A stretch of DNA of 39,811 bases from positions 1 to 39,811 of IMG/VR virus record IMGVR_UViG_3300045988_064194. One strand, written 5' to 3'. Shown piece after piece: positions 32,440 through 39,811 of the stretch; the stretch's first letter is position 1, and every line of letters begins with the position of its first letter. This stretch comes from a virus. Under the pieces are notes generated by a model. The model was given only the letters and a program-made list of their open reading frames with translations. It searched no databases and was not told where the DNA came from. The translations under genes and the position numbers were made by a program.

Positions 32440-32957
32440 GTCACAAAACCCTGATATCCGGCACGGCGTATGAGGTCGTGGGCGGGGCGCAGATGATAGA
32501 TGGAACGAAATTCCAAATGGGGGGGGGTAAAACCCTTCTGGGCGGGACGGCATTCGATATCCTGTTTGCCAAAGGATCGTACACGATTGATATGTCGTGG
32601 AAGTACCAAATTAGTCAATACGACAGCGTTAAAGACATTCAAATGCCTACGCTCACTTACCCGAGCACGGAGGGGAGCGTATCATTTGGTTCGAAAACGC
32701 AATACGTGTATCTAAACAGAAACTCGATGACAATCCAGATGACACCTGGCATTTTGCAATTACAGGTCACAGGAAACTGCAATACCATTACTGGCGATGG
32801 TGTCACTGATTATCATGCGGCGAGTGACAACAAATCAATGATTTTTACTATACAAGCGACAAAAGAAGGAACCTATATACCTAATTTCAACATGATAAAT
32901 CCGTGCTTGGGCGATTTAAGCGCGTATGTGAAGGTTTTATCTTTCGAGCCAGCATAA
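32436..32957 (+). CDS. Tandem paralogue 2 (173 aa); contains a G9 tract
   Basis: ATGA overlap with paralogue 1. N-terminus ISGTAYEVVGGAQMIDGTKFQMGGGKTLLGGTAFDI repeats the family motif. Confidence 0.6.
   Translation: MSHKTLISGTAYEVVGGAQMIDGTKFQMGGGKTLLGGTAFDILFAKGSYTIDMSWKYQISQYDSVKDIQMPTLTYPSTEGSVSFGSKTQYVYLNRNSMTIQMTPGILQLQVTGNCNTITGDGVTDYHAASDNKSMIFTIQATKEGTYIPNFNMINPCLGDLSAYVKVLSFEPA
32519..32527 (+). repeat. Homopolymeric G9 tract inside paralogue 2 (codons 28-31, M-G-G-G)
   Basis: caaATGGGGGGGGGTAAAacc. A +1 G gives an immediate TAA, and a -1 G shifts into the junk frame listed as track ORF 32500..32715. Confidence 0.95.
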
Positions 32958-32970
32958 AGGAGGAATCAAC

Positions 32971-33438
32971 ATGGCACACGTTGCACTTTTAAATGGTACG
33001 AATTACCAAGTGGGGGGGGGTAAAGTCATGATCGACGGCACAGTCTACAGCATCATGGCCACCCGCGAGGTGAACGACACGGTTGTTGTTGAGATGAACC
33101 CGACGGCGATCAGCAGGGAAGTGATGACGCTCGAAAATGCTTCGTTCGACTGGACGAAATACGATCTTGCTGAATACTTTGTTTTCGGAGAACAATCTTT
33201 ACATTTCATAGCCGTAAAAACATCCATAGAAAATTCGATTAGGTTTAACAAAATGTACACCACCACTCCTATTAGCCAGGGATATGAACTTCTCGCTTTT
33301 AAAATAACAGAAAACGCGACTGTAAACGGGAAGCTGACGATAAACGCCAAATATTCACTGGGATCAAGTTACATGGGGTGGCCGATTAGCGACAAATCAA
33401 AGCTGGTTTGCACAGTCATACTGAAAAGAAAGGGATGA
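32971..33438 (+). CDS. Tandem paralogue 3 (155 aa); contains a G9 tract
   Basis: AGGAGGAA RBS. N-terminus MAHVALLNGTNYQVGGGKVMIDGTVYSIMATREV. Confidence 0.6.
   Translation: MAHVALLNGTNYQVGGGKVMIDGTVYSIMATREVNDTVVVEMNPTAISREVMTLENASFDWTKYDLAEYFVFGEQSLHFIAVKTSIENSIRFNKMYTTTPISQGYELLAFKITENATVNGKLTINAKYSLGSSYMGWPISDKSKLVCTVILKRKG
33012..33020 (+). repeat. Homopolymeric G9 tract inside paralogue 3 (codons 14-17, V-G-G-G)
   Basis: caaGTGGGGGGGGGTAAAgtcatga. A +1 G gives an immediate TAA, and a -1 G gives TGA four codons later. Confidence 0.95.
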
Positions 33439-33442
33439 CAAT

Positions 33443-33808
33443 ATGACATACTTCAAAACCAATGGAACCGAATACCCGGCGAGCATTGCCGGGCGGATGG
33501 CGGATCGCGACTGGGACGGGCGCGCGTCCAAGTCCGTCACGCTGACCATGACCCACGCTGCCGCCGTGCAGCTGTTTGTGGACGGACTGAGCTGGTCCAT
33601 CGTCCAGCGTGATACTGTCCCCGTCTACGGCACCGACGGAAACCCCACCGGCGAGACCGAGGAGCAGGTGCAGGAATGGGACAACGCCGACTACTGCGTC
33701 GCCGGTCCCATCACCGACAACCGCGACGGCACGTGCACCTGCAAGATGGGCAAAAAAACGGCCAGCGACGTGCTGGCGGAACTGGAGGCGGCATATGACA
33801 GAGGCTAA
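33443..33808 (+). CDS. Hypothetical virion-module protein (121 aa)
   Basis: RBS AGAAAGGGA; coding composition; overlaps the next gene by 14 nt. Confidence 0.55.
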   Translation: MTYFKTNGTEYPASIAGRMADRDWDGRASKSVTLTMTHAAAVQLFVDGLSWSIVQRDTVPVYGTDGNPTGETEEQVQEWDNADYCVAGPITDNRDGTCTCKMGKKTASDVLAELEAAYDRG

Positions 33809-34121
33809 ACTGGCACAGGTAAAGAAAGCAATTACGGACGGCAAGCTCGTGCAGGCCGCAGGCGGCATCACGGAGGACGTGACGCAATCGGACAAGCTGG
33901 GCTATGACTGGCGGAATACCTACGTCAACAAGATCCTCGTCCGGCAGGTGTACGTCGAGCAGGACGTAAAACAGGGCACGGCTGACAATCCGATCGCGTG
34001 GGAACCCAGAATGGCCCTCATCCAGAACGCCTACTACACGCACAACGGCGAGATCAAGGTCTGGATGGGCGCGGCAGGCGCGAGTGCCAATTGGTCGAGC
34101 AGCGATTTTGTTTCCAACTGA
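33795..34121 (+). CDS. Hypothetical virion-module protein (108 aa) with a CBM5/12-like aromatic pattern
   Basis: GGAGG RBS before ATG 33795. ...NPIAWEPRMALIQNAYYTHNGEIKVWMGAAGASANW. Confidence 0.5.
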   Translation: MTEAKLAQVKKAITDGKLVQAAGGITEDVTQSDKLGYDWRNTYVNKILVRQVYVEQDVKQGTADNPIAWEPRMALIQNAYYTHNGEIKVWMGAAGASANWSSSDFVSN

Positions 34122-34138
34122 GTTTGTGAGGTGAGCAC

Positions 34139-35476
34139 ATGCCGACAACCGAAGAGCTGCTGAAGCAAGTCTACAAGCAGCAGACGCAGAGCCAGCAGGG
34201 GCAGAACGGCAATATCGCCACGACCAGCGCCGCCTCCGCCGCAAACCCGCCCGCCAGCACCGAGGCCCCCGCCGCCGGAGCCGGTACGGAAAACACGCCG
34301 CAGGCCCCGGCCAACGGCGAATCCACCGCCCCTGCGGCGGGCGCCACCGGCACGGGCGGCACCGGCCCGACAGGCGAGGCCAGCGGTAAATCCCTTTGGG
34401 ACCGATACCGCGAGTCTCTGAGCGGTCTGGGCGACTACAAGACCCCGACGGCAAACAGCCAGGAAGAGCTGATCCGGAAGATGTACGAATCCAACCTGGA
34501 TTCGAACAAATCCCAGCTCGAGAGCGACTACAACCAGAATCTTTCCGACCTCGGCGCGGAGGAAAGCAAGCTCGGGCAGATCTATTATGAGCAGCAGCGG
34601 CAGGCGCAGGCGGAGTCCGACCGCAACCGGCAGGCGTTTCAGGAGTACGCGAACGCGCGCGGCCTGAACTCCGGCACGGGCGGGCAGGCAGAGCTTGCGC
34701 AGAGCAATCAGCTGTCGGCGAACCTCAACGCCCTTCGCCAGTCTGAGGCAGAGAAGCGGGCAGAGGTCGAGCGGCAAAGGCAGCTGCTCGGCCAGCAGTA
34801 CCAGCAGGCCATCCAGAAAGCGCAGGCCGACAACGACCTGAATCTGGCGAAGGCCCTGTACGAGGAGGCCGTGCGCGTCGACGAGTCCATCAACTCCGCC
34901 GCGCAGGCCGACGCAGACCGGGCGCTGCAGATCTTCAACATGCTCAACAATACCGCCCTCTCCGCTGCGGGCGCGTATGCCTCCAAATCCGGCGACATGT
35001 CCCTCTACGAAAAGCTTCTCGCCGGTGACAGCACCTCGGAGCTCGAAGACCTCTACAACAAAGCCCAGCAGATCGTATCCTCCGGCGGGTATTACTCCGG
35101 CGGCGGTGGCGGAGGAAGCTCCGGCACGTACAAGAAGGCTACCAGTGACGAAATGGAGTGGGCGCAGTATTACATCGACATCATCCGCGCCGCTGGCAGC
35201 GTCGATAACGTCAAGGATTACCTCAACACGAATTACAAGAGCTACGGTATCCCGTATCAGTCTGTCAGTAAGACGACAGAAAGCATGGCTGAACGTGCAA
35301 AAAAATATTCGACGAACGAATATCAGATCGGCTCTGAGAAGGGCAGGGATATTGCCAGCAGCCTCGGCGTTGGCAATACGTACCGGGCTGCGGACAATTC
35401 CGTGTGGCGCAAATCCTCGAACGGCAATATCTACGTCACAAAGGACGGCGTGACCATGAAAGCAAACATCGTATAA
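34139..35476 (+). CDS. Q/A-rich coiled-coil virion protein (445 aa; candidate internal/ejection protein)
   Basis: Low-complexity N-terminus, a long Q-rich coiled coil and a G-rich linker. The C-terminal 34-aa motif recurs twice in the next gene. Confidence 0.6.
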   Translation: MPTTEELLKQVYKQQTQSQQGQNGNIATTSAASAANPPASTEAPAAGAGTENTPQAPANGESTAPAAGATGTGGTGPTGEASGKSLWDRYRESLSGLGDYKTPTANSQEELIRKMYESNLDSNKSQLESDYNQNLSDLGAEESKLGQIYYEQQRQAQAESDRNRQAFQEYANARGLNSGTGGQAELAQSNQLSANLNALRQSEAEKRAEVERQRQLLGQQYQQAIQKAQADNDLNLAKALYEEAVRVDESINSAAQADADRALQIFNMLNNTALSAAGAYASKSGDMSLYEKLLAGDSTSELEDLYNKAQQIVSSGGYYSGGGGGGSSGTYKKATSDEMEWAQYYIDIIRAAGSVDNVKDYLNTNYKSYGIPYQSVSKTTESMAERAKKYSTNEYQIGSEKGRDIASSLGVGNTYRAADNSVWRKSSNGNIYVTKDGVTMKANIV

Positions 35477-35491
35477 CGGAGGCACTTGCCA

Positions 35492-38400
35492 ATGGCAGAT
35501 TATTATATCAATTCCGACTACGGCAAACAGCTTGCGGGCAGCCTGAAAGCGGGCGATATGGCGGAAGCCTCCGACGGCTCGACGTGGCGGAAGGAAGCCG
35601 ACGGCAGCGTCACGGTATGGAAGAACGGCCAGACCATGACCGGCAGGGTGGGCGTGTCCGCGCCCGCCGTGTCGGAAGCGCCGTCGTCCATCGCCTCCCC
35701 GACGGTCGAGACGCCGACGCTCGACGCCGCGACCGGCGGCAGCTCGCAGCAGCTCACCGCCGCAGATTATACCGGCAGCGCGCAGGAACAGCGAGACCAG
35801 GAGCAGGCGCAGGCCCGCCTTGCCTCTGAAAAGGCAAAGGCCGCGACCGAGAAGGTCACGGCCGGTCTCGACCAGTCTTCCAGCGACGAGCTTTTGAATC
35901 AGGCCATCCAGCAGGCGTCCACCCCGGAGTACAAGATCAGCTCCGCGCAGGGCGCATTGCTCGCTGATGAGCTGCGCATGGCGGGCGATATGGCGGAAGC
36001 CTCGGACGGCTCCACATGGCGGCGCGAGGCCGACGGCAGTATCTCCGTCCGCAAAGGTGACAGGACCTACAAGGCAAATATCGACCGCGCGGCAGCGAAG
36101 CAGGACCCGCAGTGGGCAATCCTGACCGCCCCGGCCCCCGCCGCGGCGGAGACCGGCAGCGGGAAGAAATCTTCCGGGAAATCCTCTTCCGGCAGCGCTT
36201 CTTCCGGCGGCTCTGGTACATACACATTCCCGGCTGCCTCCACAGGCACGCAGAAGACGCCGACGGCCACTGCCACCGGCACCGACCGCGCGTCCCTGCG
36301 CAAGCAGGCCGCGACGGCACAGAAGGAAATGGGCGACCTCGCCCGGCAGATCTCCGTCGCGAAGATCCGCGGCAAGGACACGTCCGCCCTGCAGGCAAAG
36401 TACAACGAGGCCAAAGCCCGGTACGATGCGGCGAACACGCAGATCCAAGCCCCGCAGCAGCTTTCGACCTCCGGCGCGCGGCAGGAGCAATTCAGCCAGC
36501 GGCAGACGCTGATGGAGCTGGCGACGCAGCAGGCGGCGGAGCGGAAGGACGCATGGAAGAGTCTGCCGACCGTGCGGGATTCGGAGCGCTTTTCCGATAT
36601 CGACAATGTGACCACCGGCCGGATGCGCGGTGCAGAACAGCAGCAGATCGCCGGAGCTGTCAAGGAGCTGCAGAAGGACGCATGGCGGAGCCTGCCGACG
36701 GTACAGGATTCCGGACGCTTCAGCATCCCGTCTCAGACGGACAGCCTCATGCAGCAAGCGATTGCGCAGCGGCAGAGCGCAGCCCAGCCGCAGACCGACA
36801 AGGGGATCGGCGGAAAGCTTTTCACCATGCTTGGCGCAGGCCTCGGGCAGTTCAACGCTTCTATTGCCAACTTTGCCGACGCCGCAGCGACGGCAGTCGA
36901 AACAGTAGAAGGTTATTTAAACGGCGGGTTTACAAAGGATGGGAAGTTTGTAAAAGGAGATTCGGCGTTCACAAGTTCCCTTTTGCAGCCGATCCATGAT
37001 TGGGCAAAGTACACTCAGAGCACGTCCGATTCGCTGAACGAACGCTCCGCAGCAAACTGGAGCGATACGAAAGCGGGCAGCGTTGCAAACACGATCGGAA
37101 CCGGTGTCATTGCAGCGCTGCCGCAGGCTGCGCTTGCGCTTTTGACGCTCGGCACTTCGAGCGCAGGAACGCTGACGCAGGCCAGCTCCGGCCTTGCAGG
37201 CAGCATCGAAACCGTTATGCGGCGGATCTCCAGCGACCCGTCGTATTGGCTTTCATTTATGCAGGAAACCGGCGGTAACTTTGCAGAGGCAAAGGGGGCC
37301 GGAGCGACAGACGAGCAGGCCATTCTGGCTTCTACGATAGCTGGCCTTGCAAATGCCGCGATCGAAGTCGGCGGCGGTCTGGAAAACAACAACTGGATGA
37401 ACGACGGCACGCTTTCTGCGCTCAGTAAGGCGAAAAATCTGATCAAGGGCGCGATCGAAGAGGGCGGCGAAGAACTCATTCAGAACCCGATCAGCCGCGC
37501 CATGCAGAAGCTTGTCTATGACGGAGATCGGGAGTGGCTGTCACTCGACAATACGGCGCAGGGCCGGGACGCTGTTTTCAATCCGTATCAGTCAGCCGAG
37601 GAATTTGCAACCGGCGCAGCAGTCGGCGGCATCCTCGGTGCGGGGAACTTTGCGCTGAATCGCGCGCTCGGTTCGCGCAGCCAGAATCAGGCGCAGAACA
37701 CCCAGCCGACACAAGATGAACTGCTCGACGCAGCCATGCAGGCAGCGAACCGCGGTGAGACGCTTACAGGCCCTGTACAGGCCGCGAACCAGACCACCCA
37801 GCAAACGACGCAGGGCACAGCGGAACGTGGCACAGAGGGCGTTATAACAGGCAATGAGGCGTCTGCATTGGACGAGGCCATGCGCAGCACGTTTACTGAG
37901 GCACTGAGCGGCATTTCTTCAAATGTTGCAACGAATAAGCCGCAGAACGTGAAAAATCTGCTCAATGCAACGAAAGAGCAGATCACAAGATTTATTCAGA
38001 ATGCGTTCAATAAGCAGAACCAGTTCCAGTATCTAAAGATCTCCGACGTTTCGCCGGAGCTGGCAGAAACGCTGCGTGCAGCTGGAATCAATGTTGATGG
38101 GTATGCGCATGCCCTCCGCGACAACGATATCCGGCACGTGGAAAGCTCGCACGGCTCGCAGTCGAACGACAAGTACAAGGTCACGGCCGATATGCTGGGG
38201 AACGCGCAGAATGTCATTGACAATTACGATGTTCTGTACCGCGGATACGACACAAAGAACGGGAATCCCACTATCGCATATGAAAAACGCATGGGGACCC
38301 GGACATTTTATGTCGAGGAAGTGCTTGATGATGGAGTGCTCGGAACGAAGCAGATGCTTGTTACGGGTGAGGACAGCAAACCTAGCTTCCTGAAAAAAAT

Positions 38401-39811
38401 GCAAAAAATAGCTAGTGTTTCCGACGATACCGATGTGCCCGCTCGAAGCGGATCAACAGGCCAAAGCCCCCCCGGCAAACACGTCCCAGACGCCCCGTAT
38501 AACACTAGCTACAATCCCACTGTAGCACAACCGGGGAATCCTGTCAACCAGAATGTTTCGGCAAATGATATGGGCGCGATGCGCAGCCAGTTCGAGTCTG
38601 TGCCGAAGCAGGCGCAGACGCAGAGCAATACCATCAATAGCATGGAAACCGGCTGGGACGTGCCGGAGGCACAGCGCACGCCCATCATGTATGATACCAT
38701 TTCCGAGGCAAAGAGCCTTGATAATGCCCGGCTGCGGCTGGCGCAGGACTACGCCGGGGAAATGGAAGAGCTGCGCGGGAAGCACAACTGGAGCGGTGAA
38801 GAGGTCGACATGGGTATGACGATCCTCGACAACTACCGCCGGGCAGCAGAGCAGACCGGCGACTGGACGGAATATTCCAACTGGCGCAAAGAGGTCTCCG
38901 CGCACGGCACGGCAGCCGGTCAGGCGCTGCAGGCGTATGCCAAATACTCTAGGCAGACGGGCGGCGGTATCGTTGCGGACGCTTCGGCGGCGCTGGAGCG
39001 CGCGGCGAAGAAGACCAACAAGGCCGAGATCATGAACCGTGTCAGCGCGCTTGCACAGCAGTACGACGCAGCGATCGGCACCGGGCAGGAGAACGCGAAG
39101 GTCAACGTCAACGATCTGGTCGACATCATCAAGAGCGCCAGCACGGCCCGCCAGACCGGTACGCTCATCGGCAACAAGACCCCGCCCATTGTCAACTGGG
39201 CCATGAACCGCATTGCGAACTACGCCCGGGCGGAAGCGCAGTCCGGCGGCGGGGAAAATCTCGACTTCCTCCGGACGTTCGCGGCAGACAGCATCTACAA
39301 TATCGCCGCTGATACGCGGGCGGTATCCGCTGGGGAGCAGGTCAAGACGGTCCGACGCATGGGCATGCTGTCCAAAGTGTCGACAGTCATGCGGAACCTT
39401 GTTTCGAACAACGTTTTCGATCCCATTGACAGTATCGCACGAAACGTCTCTGTCCCGCTCGACATGCTGGTATCTACGATCACCGGCACGCGCAGCGTCG
39501 CGGGCGATGCGTCGTGGTTCTCGGCGGCGAAGCGCAAGGGGTCTATGGACGGACTCGCACGGGCGTGTATGGAAGTCGGCCTCGACGTCGACGCTTCCGG
39601 CACGGCCGGAAAGTACGAAAACACGTCCAACCGGACCTTCAAAATGTCCGGCGGCGTCTTCTCTAAGCTCATGTCCGTATGGGAAGCGTATGAGGGCTAC
39701 ACGCTGAACGCGACCGACGAATTCCAGAAGGGCGGTATCGAGGCCAGCGTCCAGAAGGGAATTGACCGGCTCTACGAGAATGGCAAGATCACCGATGACT
39801 CGCTCCGCAAC
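35492..39811 (+). CDS. N-terminal 1440 aa of the giant (about 2200 aa) polyvalent-type virion/ejection protein; open at the window end and continues at nt 1..2424
   Basis: GGAGG RBS 8 nt before ATG 35492. My manual translation found no stop up to 39811. The ORF track lists no frame-2 ORF here, which is consistent with an ORF lacking a stop. The last 47 codons equal the first 47 codons of ORF 1..2424. Confidence 0.8.
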   Translation, partial: MADYYINSDYGKQLAGSLKAGDMAEASDGSTWRKEADGSVTVWKNGQTMTGRVGVSAPAVSEAPSSIASPTVETPTLDAATGGSSQQLTAADYTGSAQEQRDQEQAQARLASEKAKAATEKVTAGLDQSSSDELLNQAIQQASTPEYKISSAQGALLADELRMAGDMAEASDGSTWRREADGSISVRKGDRTYKANIDRAAAKQDPQWAILTAPAPAAAETGSGKKSSGKSSSGSASSGGSGTYTFPAASTGTQKTPTATATGTDRASLRKQAATAQKEMGDLARQISVAKIRGKDTSALQAKYNEAKARYDAANTQIQAPQQLSTSGARQEQFSQRQTLMELATQQAAERKDAWKSLPTVRDSERFSDIDNVTTGRMRGAEQQQIAGAVKELQKDAWRSLPTVQDSGRFSIPSQTDSLMQQAIAQRQSAAQPQTDKGIGGKLFTMLGAGLGQFNASIANFADAAATAVETVEGYLNGGFTKDGKFVKGDSAFTSSLLQPIHDWAKYTQSTSDSLNERSAANWSDTKAGSVANTIGTGVIAALPQAALALLTLGTSSAGTLTQASSGLAGSIETVMRRISSDPSYWLSFMQETGGNFAEAKGAGATDEQAILASTIAGLANAAIEVGGGLENNNWMNDGTLSALSKAKNLIKGAIEEGGEELIQNPISRAMQKLVYDGDREWLSLDNTAQGRDAVFNPYQSAEEFATGAAVGGILGAGNFALNRALGSRSQNQAQNTQPTQDELLDAAMQAANRGETLTGPVQAANQTTQQTTQGTAERGTEGVITGNEASALDEAMRSTFTEALSGISSNVATNKPQNVKNLLNATKEQITRFIQNAFNKQNQFQYLKISDVSPELAETLRAAGINVDGYAHALRDNDIRHVESSHGSQSNDKYKVTADMLGNAQNVIDNYDVLYRGYDTKNGNPTIAYEKRMGTRTFYVEEVLDDGVLGTKQMLVTGEDSKPSFLKKMQKIASVSDDTDVPARSGSTGQSPPGKHVPDAPYNTSYNPTVAQPGNPVNQNVSANDMGAMRSQFESVPKQAQTQSNTINSMETGWDVPEAQRTPIMYDTISEAKSLDNARLRLAQDYAGEMEELRGKHNWSGEEVDMGMTILDNYRRAAEQTGDWTEYSNWRKEVSAHGTAAGQALQAYAKYSRQTGGGIVADASAALERAAKKTNKAEIMNRVSALAQQYDAAIGTGQENAKVNVNDLVDIIKSASTARQTGTLIGNKTPPIVNWAMNRIANYARAEAQSGGGENLDFLRTFAADSIYNIAADTRAVSAGEQVKTVRRMGMLSKVSTVMRNLVSNNVFDPIDSIARNVSVPLDMLVSTITGTRSVAGDASWFSAAKRKGSMDGLARACMEVGLDVDASGTAGKYENTSNRTFKMSGGVFSKLMSVWEAYEGYTLNATDEFQKGGIEASVQKGIDRLYENGKITDDSLRN
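39671..39811. repeat. Terminal overlap copy 2 (identical to 1-141)
   Basis: Exact 141-nt identity with the window start. Confidence 0.95.

Larger units (their letters stand above)
1..39811. mobile_element. Complete temperate phage genome (circular contig, unit length 39670 nt)
   Basis: Integrase, repressor, ERF/SSB, TerS/TerL, portal, capsid, fibres and holin/endolysin are all present. Nt 1-141 are repeated exactly at 39671-39811. Confidence 0.9.

Noticed and set aside
35492-39811. The giant ORF read as a tape measure protein or as a virion RNA polymerase (N4/crAss-like).
   Set aside because: No tube, sheath or chaperone frameshift pair accompanies it, so a TMP call is unsupported. I saw no DxDGD/double-psi-barrel or T7-like polymerase motifs. 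The mosaic repeat and nuclease-like content fits polyvalent cargo proteins better.

Overview
The window is one complete, circularly closed temperate phage genome of about 39.67 kb. Nt 1-141 are identical to nt 39671-39811, so the window origin cuts through a gene. GGAGG-type ribosome binding sites, a Cheo-type LexA box, SLH domains and an Amidase_2 endolysin point to a Gram-positive, Clostridia-like host (inference). Layout: (1) the tail of a giant virion gene (1-2424), a collagen-like fibre, a holin/amidase lysis cassette, a small sigma-r4-like HTH gene and three cargo genes (5200-6559). (2) An attP-like region (6545-6805). (3) A minus-strand lysogeny module: tyrosine integrase, a membrane-anchored XRE protein, an AT-rich SLH-domain surface-protein moron, and a short XRE repressor with no S24 domain. 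(4) A rightward early module (10622-19910) with ERF annealase, SSB, IbrA-like PAPS reductase, ASCH, ThyX-like protein, RuvC-like resolvase and a dNTP-diphosphohydrolase-like protein. (5) A minus-strand four-gene accessory island with its own sigma-A promoter (19929-22125). (6) Packaging and morphogenesis: TerS, a 570-nt structured spacer, TerL, scaffold, N4-gp56-like capsid, a 594-aa structural protein, portal, fibre-like proteins, three tandem paralogues, a Q-rich 445-aa protein, and a giant ORF of about 2200 aa that runs from 35492 off the window end and continues at nt 1. No tape measure, tube or sheath gene is recognisable, so the virion is probably podovirus-like. No rRNA, tRNA or CRISPR was seen. 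Best leads: (a) a near-perfect LexA box inside a sigma-A promoter that drives a 43-aa ORF convergent with and overlapping the repressor gene, a candidate SOS-controlled micro-antirepressor or antisense switch; (b) in-frame G9 tracts at the homologous Gly-Gly-Gly-Lys site of two of the three tandem virion paralogues, a candidate phase-variation mechanism; (c) the uncharacterised minus-strand island; (d) the giant polyvalent-type protein with a BECR-nuclease-like motif; (e) the structured terS-terL spacer. All functional calls rest on motif recognition by eye, because no database search could be run.
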